Shown here: positions 10,601-25,492 of the stretch, piece by piece
Position numbering within the stretch: the first letter of the stretch is position 1
Layout of the letters: every line of letters starts with the position of its first letter
Assembly (NCBI GenBank): GCA_963815115.1
Contig: CAWFFN010000007.1
Coordinates: forward strand, 544,001-608,000
Source: an uncultured delta proteobacterium
GTDB lineage: Bacteria; Desulfobacterota; Binatia; DP-6
Direction: 5' to 3'
Length of the DNA: 64,000 nucleotides
Position numbers and translations under genes: made by a program
The notes under the pieces: model-generated
Databases searched by the model: none
Seen by the model: the letters and a program-made list of their open reading frames with translations, nothing else
What the model was told of the DNA's origin: nothing

Positions 10601-11271
10601 CAGACGCCGCGCAGCCGAGCGAGGAGGATGCGGCCCACGCCGAGGAGCTGCGAGCCCGGCTCGTGCGTCTGGGCGACGTCAATCCCGGAGCTCTCGCCGA
10701 GCTCGAGGAGATACGCGGGCGGCACGAGTTCCTCGCCGCGCAGCGCGCCGATCTCGAGCGCTCGCTCGAGGATCTGCGCCAGACCATCGGCAAGCTGGCG
10801 CGTACGTCGCGGCGGCGCTTCGAGGACACCTTCGAGGCGGCCAACGCCCGCCTCGCCGAGGTCTTCCCCAAGCTCTTTCCGGGCGGCACGGCCGAGCTCC
10901 GTGCCACCGAGCCGGAGGAGGGCACGGAGCCCGGGATCGAGATCGTGGCACAGCTGCCGGGCAAGAAGCTGCAATCACTCAGCCTGCTGTCGGGTGGCGA
11001 GAAGGCGCTCACCGCCACCGCGCTGGTGTTCTCGTTGTTCCTGATCCGCCCGACACCGTTCTGCCTGCTCGACGAGGTCGACGCGCCGCTCGACGAGGCC
11101 AACATCGGGCGCTTCAACGCGCTGGTCACCGAGATGGCCCAGCGCTCACAGTTCGTCCTCATCACGCACAACCGCCGGACGATGGAGGTTGCTCACACCC
11201 TGTACGGCATCACCATGGAGCAAGCAGGCGTGTCGAAGGTGGTGTCGGTCCGCCTGAGCGAAGCGGCCTGA
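7690..11271 (+). CDS. smc: chromosome segregation protein SMC
   Basis: GFKSF, Walker A GPNGCGKSN, coiled coils with central hinge, LSGGEK signature, LDEVDAPLD. Confidence 0.97.
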   Translation: MRIKQIELTGFKSFMDRTVLELPAGVTAIVGPNGCGKSNVVDAIRWVLGEQSPKHLRGGAMEDVIFAGNADHGPLGMAEASLLLERTDEDLARAAEASDELPIGPESLPPELAQASQILVTRRYFRSGDSEYFINKAACRLKDITELFLGTGVGTRAYAIIEQGRVEQIVNAKPDDLRLFLEEAAGITRFRSRRLAAERKMERTRDNLIRVNDVLRELERQMGSLQRQARRAEEYHRIKGALRDLDLRVTAARRRAWAREMTATGDEVTRLRQDEERLQTQLSTTREASDEARRRRHEREALLRAVESELTEQRVAATESGARAEGLEARRRELEARAAEAEREAEMLEGRLADVAGELSACDGELTRLASEQAQAEAERTREETELDRLGAAGKPLEEAVEQAKDAVVDAVAEELRLRNLAEAVQRRRAELDGQRRQLDEERQELGSRLEDVAREREDQRRRMEALEAERVRLEAERAALLARSTALADEEERQAQVCTGARDRVTQLRSRVESLRELEARSEGCTRGVASLLARDPEAATLLAGVLRVPAGLERAVAAVLGSRLGQVVLPDTSAALDAVRWLRETQAGSATVIPHDPERRATVIVPAGRRLVDQVDVDPGHWALAEALLGQVLLADDLDEALRIWREAPHPLTVVTLAGEALDALGAVTGGSEPPLEETLLARARELRELAAATREAEATTEAEQRTLDAIRARVADVGSTLAQGVERLQALRLELLAGEKDRERLEGERARIAADLEVSALEASGLAGTDGQLAGELAALDESLAGASAGLRDRRAALGEAQAALAEWRLRHAETEQRRTGAAVRAAAAAERRRGADGERARLQAGRVDLAGRVEAAKRAATDATTGAASSAEEAHAAAAARVAADERAAALAEDRQRLSAEVAAAEEDLSADDRVQREVSEQLEALRARRGELDVLLAERRVALEQLFERLAERYDLGPEALDEIPADAAQPSEEDAAHAEELRARLVRLGDVNPGALAELEEIRGRHEFLAAQRADLERSLEDLRQTIGKLARTSRRRFEDTFEAANARLAEVFPKLFPGGTAELRATEPEEGTEPGIEIVAQLPGKKLQSLSLLSGGEKALTATALVFSLFLIRPTPFCLLDEVDAPLDEANIGRFNALVTEMAQRSQFVLITHNRRTMEVAHTLYGITMEQAGVSKVVSVRLSEAA

Positions 11272-11283
11272 CGCGCGAGGACG

Positions 11284-12345
11284 ATGGAGCCCTGGATCGC
11301 CCTGGCCGCGGCGGGGCTGCTCATCGTCGCCCTCGGGCTCTGGGCATTCTGGCGCCGGCACGATCGGGCCCCGCAGGCGGAGCCGCCCGCAGGAGCCGCG
11401 GTCCCGGTCACCTCCGGCGAGCGGATGCGACGTGCGCTCGCGGCCACCCGGCAGCGCCTGGCAACCCAGCTCGACGCCGTGCTCGGCCGGGAGCCGCGAC
11501 CGCTGGACGTGGTCCTGACAGACCTCGAGGAGGTGCTGGTCGGGGCGGACGTCGGGGTGCGGACCACGTCATCGCTCCTCGACGCGATCCGGGACCGCCT
11601 CGGCCAGGACGCTTCCCCGCGCGCGGTCCGCGCCGCTCTCGAGCAGGAGGTCCGGGCAGCAGTCGTCTCGTCTCCACCGCCCGAGCCGTCCGAGCATCCC
11701 TGGGTCATCCTGGTGACGGGGGTCAACGGGGTCGGCAAGACCACCACCATCGGCAAGCTGGCGGCCCTCCACCGGCGCGCCGGCCGGCAGGTCCTGATGG
11801 TCGCCGCCGACACCTTCCGGGCCGCCGCCATCGAGCAGCTGGGCACGTGGGCGGAGCGCGCCGGGGCCGATTTCGTGCGCCACGCCCCCGGGGCCGACCC
11901 CTCGGCGGTCGTCTTCGACGGGCTCAAGGCGGCGAAGGCGCGTGGGGTCGATGTCGTGCTGATCGACACGGCGGGCCGCCTGCACACCCGGACCCCGCTG
12001 ATGGACGAGCTCCGCAAGGTGGCCCGGGTGATCGGTCGGGAGATCCCGGGAGCACCCCACGAAACACTGCTGGTCGTGGACGCGACCACCGGGCAGAACG
12101 CCCTGAACCAGGCTCGCGTCTTCAAGGAGGCCGTCCCACTCACCGGGGTCGTACTCACCAAGCTCGACGGAACGGCCCGGGGAGGGATGCTGGTGGCGAT
12201 CCGGCACGAGCTCGGGGTTCCGGTTCGCTATGTCGGGGTAGGGGAGGCGGTGGACGACCTCCGCACCTTCGACGCCGAGGAGTTCGTGCAGGCGCTGTTC
12301 GCTCCACCCTCCGCCATGATTGCGGCGAGGGAAGGGATCGACTAG
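11284..12345 (+). CDS. ftsY: SRP receptor FtsY with N-terminal transmembrane anchor
   Basis: GVNGVGKTTT, DTFRAAA, DTAGR, TKLDGTARGG; hydrophobic N-terminus. Confidence 0.96.
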   Translation: MEPWIALAAAGLLIVALGLWAFWRRHDRAPQAEPPAGAAVPVTSGERMRRALAATRQRLATQLDAVLGREPRPLDVVLTDLEEVLVGADVGVRTTSSLLDAIRDRLGQDASPRAVRAALEQEVRAAVVSSPPPEPSEHPWVILVTGVNGVGKTTTIGKLAALHRRAGRQVLMVAADTFRAAAIEQLGTWAERAGADFVRHAPGADPSAVVFDGLKAAKARGVDVVLIDTAGRLHTRTPLMDELRKVARVIGREIPGAPHETLLVVDATTGQNALNQARVFKEAVPLTGVVLTKLDGTARGGMLVAIRHELGVPVRYVGVGEAVDDLRTFDAEEFVQALFAPPSAMIAAREGID

Positions 12346-12433
12346 AGTTCGCCCGAGAGGAGCATTCAATCGACATCCTGCGGCAATCCGGGCGCAACAT
12401 GTCGTTCCGGGGGTGCCGCATGTTGCAAGAGAG

Positions 12434-12605
12434 ACGGGGAACGGTCGGGTGGAGGTGGTGCCAAACCGCTGCTGGTGCCCACGGTTCGCTGGGCCATGAA
12501 TAGTGTCGTGCGTGACCAGTCTGGGCTTCGGGCCCCTCGAGTGAGAGGTCGGACGCCGAGAAAGCCGTAGAGCGAACTGCCCACTCAACTCGGCTAGTTC
12601 CCCGT
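12434..12605 (+). ncRNA. ssrS: probable 6S RNA
   Basis: About 172 nt; ends pair (ACGGGGAAC/GTTCCCCGT, GGTCGGGT/ACTCGGCT, CGGTTCGCT/AGCGAACTG) around an internal bubble; conserved position directly upstream of ygfA. Confidence 0.72.
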
Positions 12606-12618
12606 TCATGGGCCGTCC

Positions 12619-13226
12619 ATGGGGGAACACCATCGCCAGCTGAAGGGAGCGCTCAGGTCGGCGCTCAGGGCCGAGCGCCGTGGTCGGGAGCCCGGGGAGA
12701 TCGCCCGGGCCTCACGCGAGATTGCCACCTCGGTTCTCGGCCTGCCGGTGTTTCAGCGTGCGCGCCATCTGGTCGCCTACGCTGCCGGACCGGGCGAGGT
12801 CGATCCGGCAGACCTGGTGCGGGCGGGAGTTGCCCGCGGCCAGATGGTCTACTTCCCCCGCGTGGTCGGACCCACGCTCGAGTTCCTCGCCTGCCCGCCC
12901 GCCGGGCTGCGTCCCGGTACCTATGGTCTCGCCGAACCCCCCGGCGGGACCCCCCTCGATCCTGCCTCCGCCGACGTCGTCTTCCTGGTGCCCGGTCTCG
13001 CGTTCGATCCGGCCGGCACTCGCCTGGGTCGTGGGGGCGGGCACTACGATCGCGCTCTCGCCGATCATCCGGCCGCACTGCGGATCGGACTGGCGTGCGA
13101 CGCGCACATACAGTCCTCGCTGCCCCGCGACCCCTGGGACCAGCCCATGGACGCCGTCGTCACCGAACGGCGCGTCCTGTGGGCGACCGCAGGGCGTTCC
13201 GGGGTGGCGTTTGTGGAGAACCTGTC

Positions 13227-13230
<4 letters not shown>
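12619..13230 (+). CDS. ygfA: 5-formyltetrahydrofolate cyclo-ligase
   Basis: [23 protein letters not shown] and PWDQPMD motifs. Confidence 0.93.
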
Positions 13231-14804
<1,574 letters not shown>

Positions 14805-14852
14805 AGGCCGATGCGTCTGGCGCTCCTTCGCTCGGCGACAGCTCGCTCGGCC

Positions 14853-15646
14853 ATGAATCTCCTCTTCCTCGGCGACATCGTCGGCAAGCCCGGCGGCTGC
14901 GGTGCTGCAGCTGCTGCCGAGTCGATCCACCGCGAGCGGCGATCGACTTCGTCATCGCCAATGCGAGAACGTCTCCGGCGGCGCGGGCGTCGACCCGAGA
15001 GCTGCCGAGGAGCTGCTGCGATGCCGGCGTCGACGTGCTCACCTCCGGCAACCACATCTGGCGGAGCCGCGAGATCATCGACTACCTCGACGCGAGAACG
15101 GCGCCTGCTGCGGCCGGCGAACTTCCCGCCCGACGGCCCGGGCGCGGCTGGACGGCTCCGGCGCCGGGCGCGGGTCATCCGTCCCGGTCGGGGTGATCAA
15201 CCTGATCGGGCGCGTCTTCATGGACGCCGGCCGACTGTCCGTTCCAGGCCGTCGACGCGATTCTGCCGCTGGTGCGGCGGGAGACGCCGCGTGATCTTCG
15301 TCGACATGCACGGCGAGGCGACCTCGGAGAAGGGCGGCATGGGCTGGTTCCTCGACGGCAGGGTCTCGGCGGTCGTGGGGAGCCACACCCACGTGCAGAC
15401 GGCGGACGAGACGCGTCCTGCCCGGAGGGACGGCCTTCCTGACCGATGCCGGCATGTGCGGACCCGAGCGACTCGGTCATCGGCATGCGGGTCGAGCTGG
15501 CGCTGCATCGCTTCCTCACCCAGATGCCGGTGCGGTTCGACGTCGCCGACGGACCGGACCTGGTGCAGGGCGCGATCATCGACGTCGATCAGGCAGCGGC
15601 CGCGCCACCGGCATCGCCCGCGTGCGCGAGCGGGTGACCGCGATGA
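14853..15646 (+). CDS. ymdB: YmdB/TIGR00282 metallophosphoesterase (several apparent frameshifts; end approximate)
   Basis: [51 protein letters not shown] spread across frames; position after rny. Confidence 0.87.
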
Positions 15647-16847
15647 CCCCCGCCGAGCAGCTCGCGCTGGCTCCGCGCGCAATGCGGTGCAGGTCATACA
15701 CGAACGAGGAGCTGCCGGCGCGGCTCGAGGAGGGACGGCCGCTGCGCGTCAAGCTGGGCGTCGACCCCACGGCGCCCGACATCCACCTCGGGCATACCGT
15801 GGCCCTGACCAAGCTGCGCGAGTTCCAGGACCTCGGCCACCAGGCGGTGCTGATCATCGGCGACTTCACCGCCCTGATCGGCGACCCGAGCGGGCGCTCC
15901 GCGACACGCCCGCAGCTCACCGCGCGAGGCGGTGGAGGCGAACGCCGCCGACCTACCAGGAGCAGGTCTTCAAGATGCTCGACCGGCGAGCACCTCGAGG
16001 TGCGCTGCAACGGCGAATGGTTCGGCAAGTTCTGCAGCTCGAGGACGTCGTCCGGCTGGCCGGGAAGATGCACCGTGGCCCGCATGCTGGAGCGCGACGA
16101 CTTCAAGACCCGCTATCAGCGAGGGCGCGCCGATCGGCATCCACGAGTTCCTCTATCCGCTGATGCAGGGGTACGACTCGGTCGAGGTCCAGGCCGACGT
16201 CGAGCTCGGCGGCACCGACCAGACCTTCAACATCCTGCTCGGCCGCCAGCTGCAGAACGACGCCGGCAACCCGGGGCAGGTGGCCCTCATCCTGCCGCTG
16301 CTCGAGGGCACCGACGGCGCGCAGAAGATGAGCAAATCGCTCGGGAACTACGTCGGCGTCTGCGAGCCGCCAGAGGAGATCTTCGGCAAGGTGATGTCGA
16401 TCTCCGACGACCTCATGCTGCGCTACTACGAGCTGCTCAGCCGTGGACGGGGTCCGGCTCGCCGCCGTCCAGAGGAAGACGGTCCACCCGATGGAGGCCA
16501 AGAAGGCGCTCGCGCACGAGATCGTCGCTCGCTTCCACGGCGGCCCCCACGCCGACGAGGCCGCCCGGTTCTTCACCGAGCGCTTCCAGCAGCGGGCGGC
16601 GAACGCCCCGACGCCGGTCACCCTGGTCACGGAAGCCCCCGATGTGTGGATCTGCCATCTTTTGAAGCAGGTGGGCTTCGCCTCTTCCACCTCGGAGGCC
16701 CGGCGGCTCGTCTCGCAGGGGGCCGTGCGGGTGGATGGAGCGCCCGTGGGCATCGATTTTCGATTCCAGGGGAACCGGAACCGGCTCCTGGCGGTCGGGC
16801 GGCGCCGCCTCGCCGAGGTCCACCTCGTCGCGCCTCCGTCCGCGTGA
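15643..16847 (+). CDS. tyrS: tyrosyl-tRNA synthetase (several apparent frameshifts)
   Basis: [40 protein letters not shown]-terminal S4 domain ([15 protein letters not shown]). Confidence 0.92.
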
Positions 16848-16878
16848 GCCCCCGGGCCCGTTCCGCCGGTCCGCTGCC

Positions 16879-16907
16879 TTGACAACCCTCGGACCCTCTC
16901 GTATAAG
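16879..16907 (+). promoter_or_regulatory. rRNA operon promoter
   Basis: TTGACA, 17 bp spacer, TATAAG, about 200 bp upstream of 16S. Confidence 0.8.
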
Positions 16908-16932
16908 CCTCGGTCTGCCCGCGGAACTCCCC

Positions 16933-16944
16933 GGTCTTTGAAAA
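16933..16944 (+). promoter_or_regulatory. boxA antitermination element (leader)
   Basis: GGTCTTTGAAAA; a second copy GGTCTTTGACAA lies in the spacer before 23S (about 19146-19157). Confidence 0.7.
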
Positions 16945-17107
16945 CTAAATAGTAGCGCTCCTTTTCCAAGCAACTTCAGCGCGGAAAAGGTTCCCAAGCG
17001 TGATCGAACGGACAGCGCGAATCGTCGTGCTGGCCAGGTCGGATGCGTCGATCTCTGTTCGACGTGACACGCCACGTCTCCCTCAAGGAGGCTGGCGCTC
17101 CAGATCT

Positions 17108-18672
<1,565 letters not shown>

Positions 18673-18826
18673 AGGATCGTGCTCGACGCCTTCGGGCCGA
18701 GAGCCGAACCAGGTCAATCCGTCGTCCTCACGGACGGCGGTCCTGCGACCATCCGACATCGATCGCGCGCGCTACTATTTAGTTTTGAGAGACCGGAGGC
18801 ACGGCGGCCGCGTTCTACTCGCGACC

Positions 18827-18900
18827 GGGCCCATAGCTCAGCTGGCTAGAGCGTACCCCTGATAAGGGTAAGGTCGGTAGTTCGACTCTACCTGGGCCCA
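18827..18900 (+). tRNA. tRNA-Ile(GAT)
   Basis: Cloverleaf GGGCCCA/TGGGCCC, anticodon loop CTGATAA, TTCGA T-loop; CCA not encoded. Confidence 0.96.
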
Positions 18901-18971
18901 CCTCGTAGGGGGGTGGGGCAAGCCGACATCGACCAGCACCAGGGCGATGGCAGTGCCTGTCGGATTCGCGG

Positions 18972-19044
18972 GGGGCTGTAGCTCAGCTGGGAGAGCGCCG
19001 GTTTTGCAAGCCGGAGGTCGTGGGTTCGATCCCCATCAGCTCCA
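18972..19044 (+). tRNA. tRNA-Ala(TGC)
   Basis: GGGGCTG/CAGCTCC acceptor stem with G3:U70; anticodon loop TTTGCAA. Confidence 0.96.
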
Positions 19045-19255
19045 TCCCGTGCGTGGGATGCCCGGATTCGCCTGAATTGGTTTGGCGCAGGCGGCTCCGG
19101 GGGTCTCACGTTGATCCCCGACCGGGGTCTTCTTTCCCGGCCGACGGTCTTTGACAATCTGGACGGGTAAATCCGTCAGAGAGCAAGCGCGTGGTAGCTC
19201 ACCCAGGCGATTGCGACGCGGCACATGACTCGTTCACGTGCCTGGTCGCAATCAT

Positions 19256-22259
<3,004 letters not shown>

Positions 22260-22327
22260 TGAAATTTCCGCCTGCGGTGAGCTACCGCGCGCTTGCTCTC
22301 GACGAACCGTCCAGATTGCCGTCACCT

Positions 22328-22442
22328 TCCGGCGGTGATGGCGGAGGGGAAACACCCGTTCCCATCCCGAACACGGCCGTTAAGCCCTCCAGCGCCGATG
22401 GTACTGCATGGTCGCCATGTGGGAGAGTAGGACGCCGCCGGA
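22328..22442 (+). rRNA. rrf: 5S rRNA
   Basis: TCCGGCGG/CCGCCGGA ends, CCCATCCCGAAC, GCCGATGGTACTG, GGGAGAGTAGG. Confidence 0.97.
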
Positions 22443-22448
22443 TCATTC

Positions 22449-22496
22449 GAAGCAGGGGCTCGGTTCGCGACTCGCGAGCCGAGCCCCTGTTGCTTC
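22449..22496. terminator. long hairpin after 5S, probably a bidirectional terminator
   Basis: GCAGGGGCTCGGTTCGCGA / TCGCGAGCCGAGCCCCTGT stem between convergent units. Confidence 0.7.
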
Positions 22497-22509
22497 ACGC
22501 GTCCAGGTC

Positions 22510-23022
22510 TCAGCTGGGCGTGACCTCGGACATCTCGACCCCGACCCGATCGCGCAGCGCGCGCAACTCCCGGGCCACGTCGATGATCGCCTCCCGCCAG
22601 CGCAGCATCGCCTGCCGCCCGTCGGCCAGCTTCGCCTGCTCCCCATGCTCCAAGCCCGTCGTGATCGCTCCGTAGCCGTCGAGCAGGGTACGCCACGCCT
22701 TGGTGTACTCGCCGTGAATCCGGCGCACCTCGGCCGTCCGCGGCTCGTAAGCCGTGGCGGCATCGAGCTGCCGCTGGACCCGCGGAGCGCTCTCCGCGAT
22801 CTGGCGCCGCACCTCCCCCTCGTCCACGAACTGCGTGGCCATGATGCGCTCCAAGGTGCGTGCCGTCTCGCTCTCGACCGGCGCCCATGAGCTCATCTTC
22901 TGGAGGTACGCCAGCGTATCCGCGCGCAGCGCCGCCGGTGGCGTCGAGCACCCGGCCGCGCCCGCGAGGAGGAGGACGAGCAAGCCCGCCGCGGAATGCC
23001 CGTGATCGCTCGCCAATCGCAC
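22510..23022 (-). CDS. hypothetical helical lipoprotein (start uncertain)
   Basis: Lipobox LLLAGAAG-C followed by an amphipathic helical sequence; typical codon bias. Confidence 0.7.
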   Translation of the reverse strand: MRLASDHGHSAAGLLVLLLAGAAGCSTPPAALRADTLAYLQKMSSWAPVESETARTLERIMATQFVDEGEVRRQIAESAPRVQRQLDAATAYEPRTAEVRRIHGEYTKAWRTLLDGYGAITTGLEHGEQAKLADGRQAMLRWREAIIDVARELRALRDRVGVEMSEVTPS

Positions 23023-23320
23023 GGCAGGGCGACTATCACGAGAACCGCGCGACTGCACAGACGGGCGACGACCGTCGCGCACCTCGGCGCGTCCGATCCC
23101 GGCTCGCGCCGCTCCTGCTCGGCCTGCTCCCTGCCTGCACGTCCGTCACGACGCGCGTGCCGCGGCGGACGTCGTGCGCGCCATCCCCGTCGTGCGGCTT
23201 CCCGCACCCGCCGGACACGAGGGGCATCACTAGCGCCATCCGCTTGCGGCCGGCCGATCTTGCGGCGTGATGCCGGGTGTGAGATCAGGCGGAGCGAGGA
23301 AGCACGTCAGGAGGTGGTGC

Positions 23321-23902
23321 ATGCGTCGCGCGTTGCTCGTCTCGCTCGTCCTCACGAGTCTACTGGTGCCCGTGGTCGCACGGGACGCCTCGGCGAAAGG
23401 AAACCCGATGGTTCTGATCTCGACGTCGCTCGGAGACATCAAGGTGGAGCTGTACGCCGACAAGGCTCCGGAGACGGTCAAGAACTTTCTCCAATACGTG
23501 GATGCCGGCTACTACAACAACACGATCTTCCACCGCGTCATGCCGGGTTTCATGATCCAGGGAGGCGGCCTCACGGCCGACATGCAGGACAAGCGGCAAG
23601 GTCAGCGGGCGCCGATCAAGAACGAGTCGTCGAACGGGCTCAAGAACGACGTCGGCACGCTCGCCATGGCGCGAACCTCGGCGCCGGACAGCGCGACGTC
23701 GCAGTTCTTCATCAACGTCAAGAGCAACGACTTCCTGAACAAGGACAAGGCGCAGGACGGCGTCGGCTACGCGGTCTTCGGCAAGGTAGTGGACGGGATG
23801 GACGTGGTGCGGAAGATCGAGCAGGTGAAGACCGGCTCCAAGGGGCCGCACCAGAACGTGCCCGACGAGGCCGTGGTCATCAAATCGGCGAAGCAGGTCT
23901 GA
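23321..23902 (+). CDS. ppiA: exported cyclophilin-type peptidyl-prolyl isomerase
   Basis: SD AGGAGGT; signal peptide; [39 protein letters not shown]. Confidence 0.93.
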   Translation: MRRALLVSLVLTSLLVPVVARDASAKGNPMVLISTSLGDIKVELYADKAPETVKNFLQYVDAGYYNNTIFHRVMPGFMIQGGGLTADMQDKRQGQRAPIKNESSNGLKNDVGTLAMARTSAPDSATSQFFINVKSNDFLNKDKAQDGVGYAVFGKVVDGMDVVRKIEQVKTGSKGPHQNVPDEAVVIKSAKQV

Positions 23903-23926
23903 TTCGACCCGGCCGCCGCCACGCGA

Positions 23927-24358
23927 TCACTTGGGCGGCGGCACGAATCCGCCCGACTTGTCGTCTCCGCGGGGCGGGGCGACATCGGGCAGCAGATCGG
24001 GCTTGGTCTCGCCGACCATGTCCCTCGGGGTGACGAACCAGTCCCCTCCGACGCCGCGATGGATCAGGGCCCGGGGCTGAGCCATGTCGCTCCCTCCGGA
24101 CATCACCAGGGACTCGCCCGCACCGGCCACGCCGAGGATGGCGAAGGTCAGCTTGCAGAGCACGTAGGGCAGGAGGCAGCGCGGCTCGACGTAGGTCGGC
24201 ACGACGGGCAGCGTGTTCGCAGCCACTGCCCCGGCCGTGGCGAGCGCCCTGGCGCCCCCGGAGCGGTCCTCCAGGGGAACCGCCCGGGAGACCGCTGCCC
24301 GTCCGACGGCGAGCACGATGATCGCCACGACACCGAGCCCTCGTACGGTCTTCCGCAT
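23927..24358 (-). CDS. hypothetical exported or membrane protein
   Basis: SD GAGGAG; signal-peptide-like N-terminus; coding-type codon bias. Confidence 0.65.
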   Translation of the reverse strand: MRKTVRGLGVVAIIVLAVGRAAVSRAVPLEDRSGGARALATAGAVAANTLPVVPTYVEPRCLLPYVLCKLTFAILGVAGAGESLVMSGGSDMAQPRALIHRGVGGDWFVTPRDMVGETKPDLLPDVAPPRGDDKSGGFVPPPK

Positions 24359-24470
24359 CTCGCCCTCCTCGTTGCGGCTTCGGGCCCCTCTAGCGCGAGC
24401 CGGGCCGTCCCTGCAAGCGTCGCGCGCGGACTTGCGCCGCTGGTCAGGGTCCCGCTAGGAGCCAAGTGCG

Positions 24471-25031
24471 ATGCGGCACCCGGATCTTCTCGCTCGTGAT
24501 CGCACGGTGCTTCTCCTGATCGATTTCCAGGAGTCGTACCGCCGGGTGCTGCACGGCTGGGACGGCGTCGTGCAGCGTGCCGCCACGCTGCTGCGGGGCT
24601 GTCGCCTCCTCGGTGTCCCCGTGCTGATCACCGAGCAGTACCCGAAGGGGCTGGGGCACACGGCCGCCGAGGTGGCGACGCATCTCCCGCCCGGAACCGA
24701 GGTCGTCGAGAAGCTCAGCATGAGCTGCGCCGGCTCTTCACGCCTGACCGAGGAGCTGGCGGCGGCGGGCCGCACGCAGGTGCTGATCGCGGGCATCGAG
24801 ACGCATGCCTGCGTCAACCAGACGGTGCACGACCTCCTGGCGCTGCGCTATCAGGTGCACGTCGCCCGCGACACGACGTCGAGCCGGCGCGCCAGCGACG
24901 TCGAGCCGGCGTGGACGCGCATGCTCTCCGCCGGCATGCTGCCGACGTCCAGCGAGCAGGCGCTCCTCGAGCTCGTGCAGACGGCCGAGGCTCCCGAGTT
25001 CAGGTCGCTCCAGCAGCTGCTCAAGGAGTGA
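24471..25031 (+). CDS. isochorismatase-family cysteine hydrolase
   Basis: LLIDFQE, TEQYPKGLG, EKLSMS, GIETHACV give the Asp-Lys-Cys triad. Confidence 0.9.
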   Translation: MRHPDLLARDRTVLLLIDFQESYRRVLHGWDGVVQRAATLLRGCRLLGVPVLITEQYPKGLGHTAAEVATHLPPGTEVVEKLSMSCAGSSRLTEELAAAGRTQVLIAGIETHACVNQTVHDLLALRYQVHVARDTTSSRRASDVEPAWTRMLSAGMLPTSSEQALLELVQTAEAPEFRSLQQLLKE

Positions 25032-25055
25032 GTTCGCGTCCCCTCGGCGTCGCGC

Positions 25056-25238
25056 TCAGCGCTTCGGCTCGATCTTCTTGCCGAAGCTGACCTCGCCCTT
25101 GTCGACCCGCAGGGAGAAGCCGCAGTCGGGATCGGTGCAGGCCCAGGCCTTGAAGATCACCGCCGCACCTTCCTGTCCGTAATCGGAGAGCGGGATGAGC
25201 ACCCCGTTGCGACATTTCAGGCATTTGGGAAACTCCAT
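25056..25238 (-). CDS. 60-aa zinc-ribbon-like small protein
   Basis: SD GAGGAG; MEFPKCLKC...AWACTDPDCGF (CxxC and CxxxxC). Confidence 0.78.
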   Translation of the reverse strand: MEFPKCLKCRNGVLIPLSDYGQEGAAVIFKAWACTDPDCGFSLRVDKGEVSFGKKIEPKR

Positions 25239-25346
25239 CAGCCACTCCTCACGCCGTACCGACCCCGCTCTGTCAGGTGGTCGCAAGATCGCGAAAATAG
25301 TCGAACGAACAGCCGGAAAGCAAGAGCGGGGGCGCGCCATGCCGAG

Positions 25347-25418
25347 TGCCCCCGAGAGGAATCGAACCTCTACCCCAGGCTCCGGAGGCCTGTGTGATAT
25401 CCATTTCACCACGGGGGC
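25347..25418 (-). tRNA. tRNA-Arg(CCG)
   Basis: GCCCCCG...CGGGGGCA; anticodon arm CAGGC-CTCCGGA-GCCTG; GTTCGATTC T-arm. Confidence 0.95.
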
Positions 25419-25492
25419 AAGCGCGCCGTGATCGGAGGGCGGTCGGTATCACAGGCCCCAGCAGGCCGTCCACCGGCGGACCGCCGGGCGGG

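Noticed and set aside
7690-11271. SMC as part of a Wadjet/MksBEF or Lamassu defence system
   Set aside because: Canonical housekeeping SMC with hinge, in the standard smc-ftsY context; no jetABD or lmu partners
23080-23270. Lipobox-like peptide LLLGLLPAC upstream of ppiA
   Set aside because: No convincing start codon or coding continuation; at best a degraded fragment
22510-25418. Genomic island integrated at tRNA-Arg
   Set aside because: No integrase, no duplicated tRNA 3' end found, and the neighbouring genes look native
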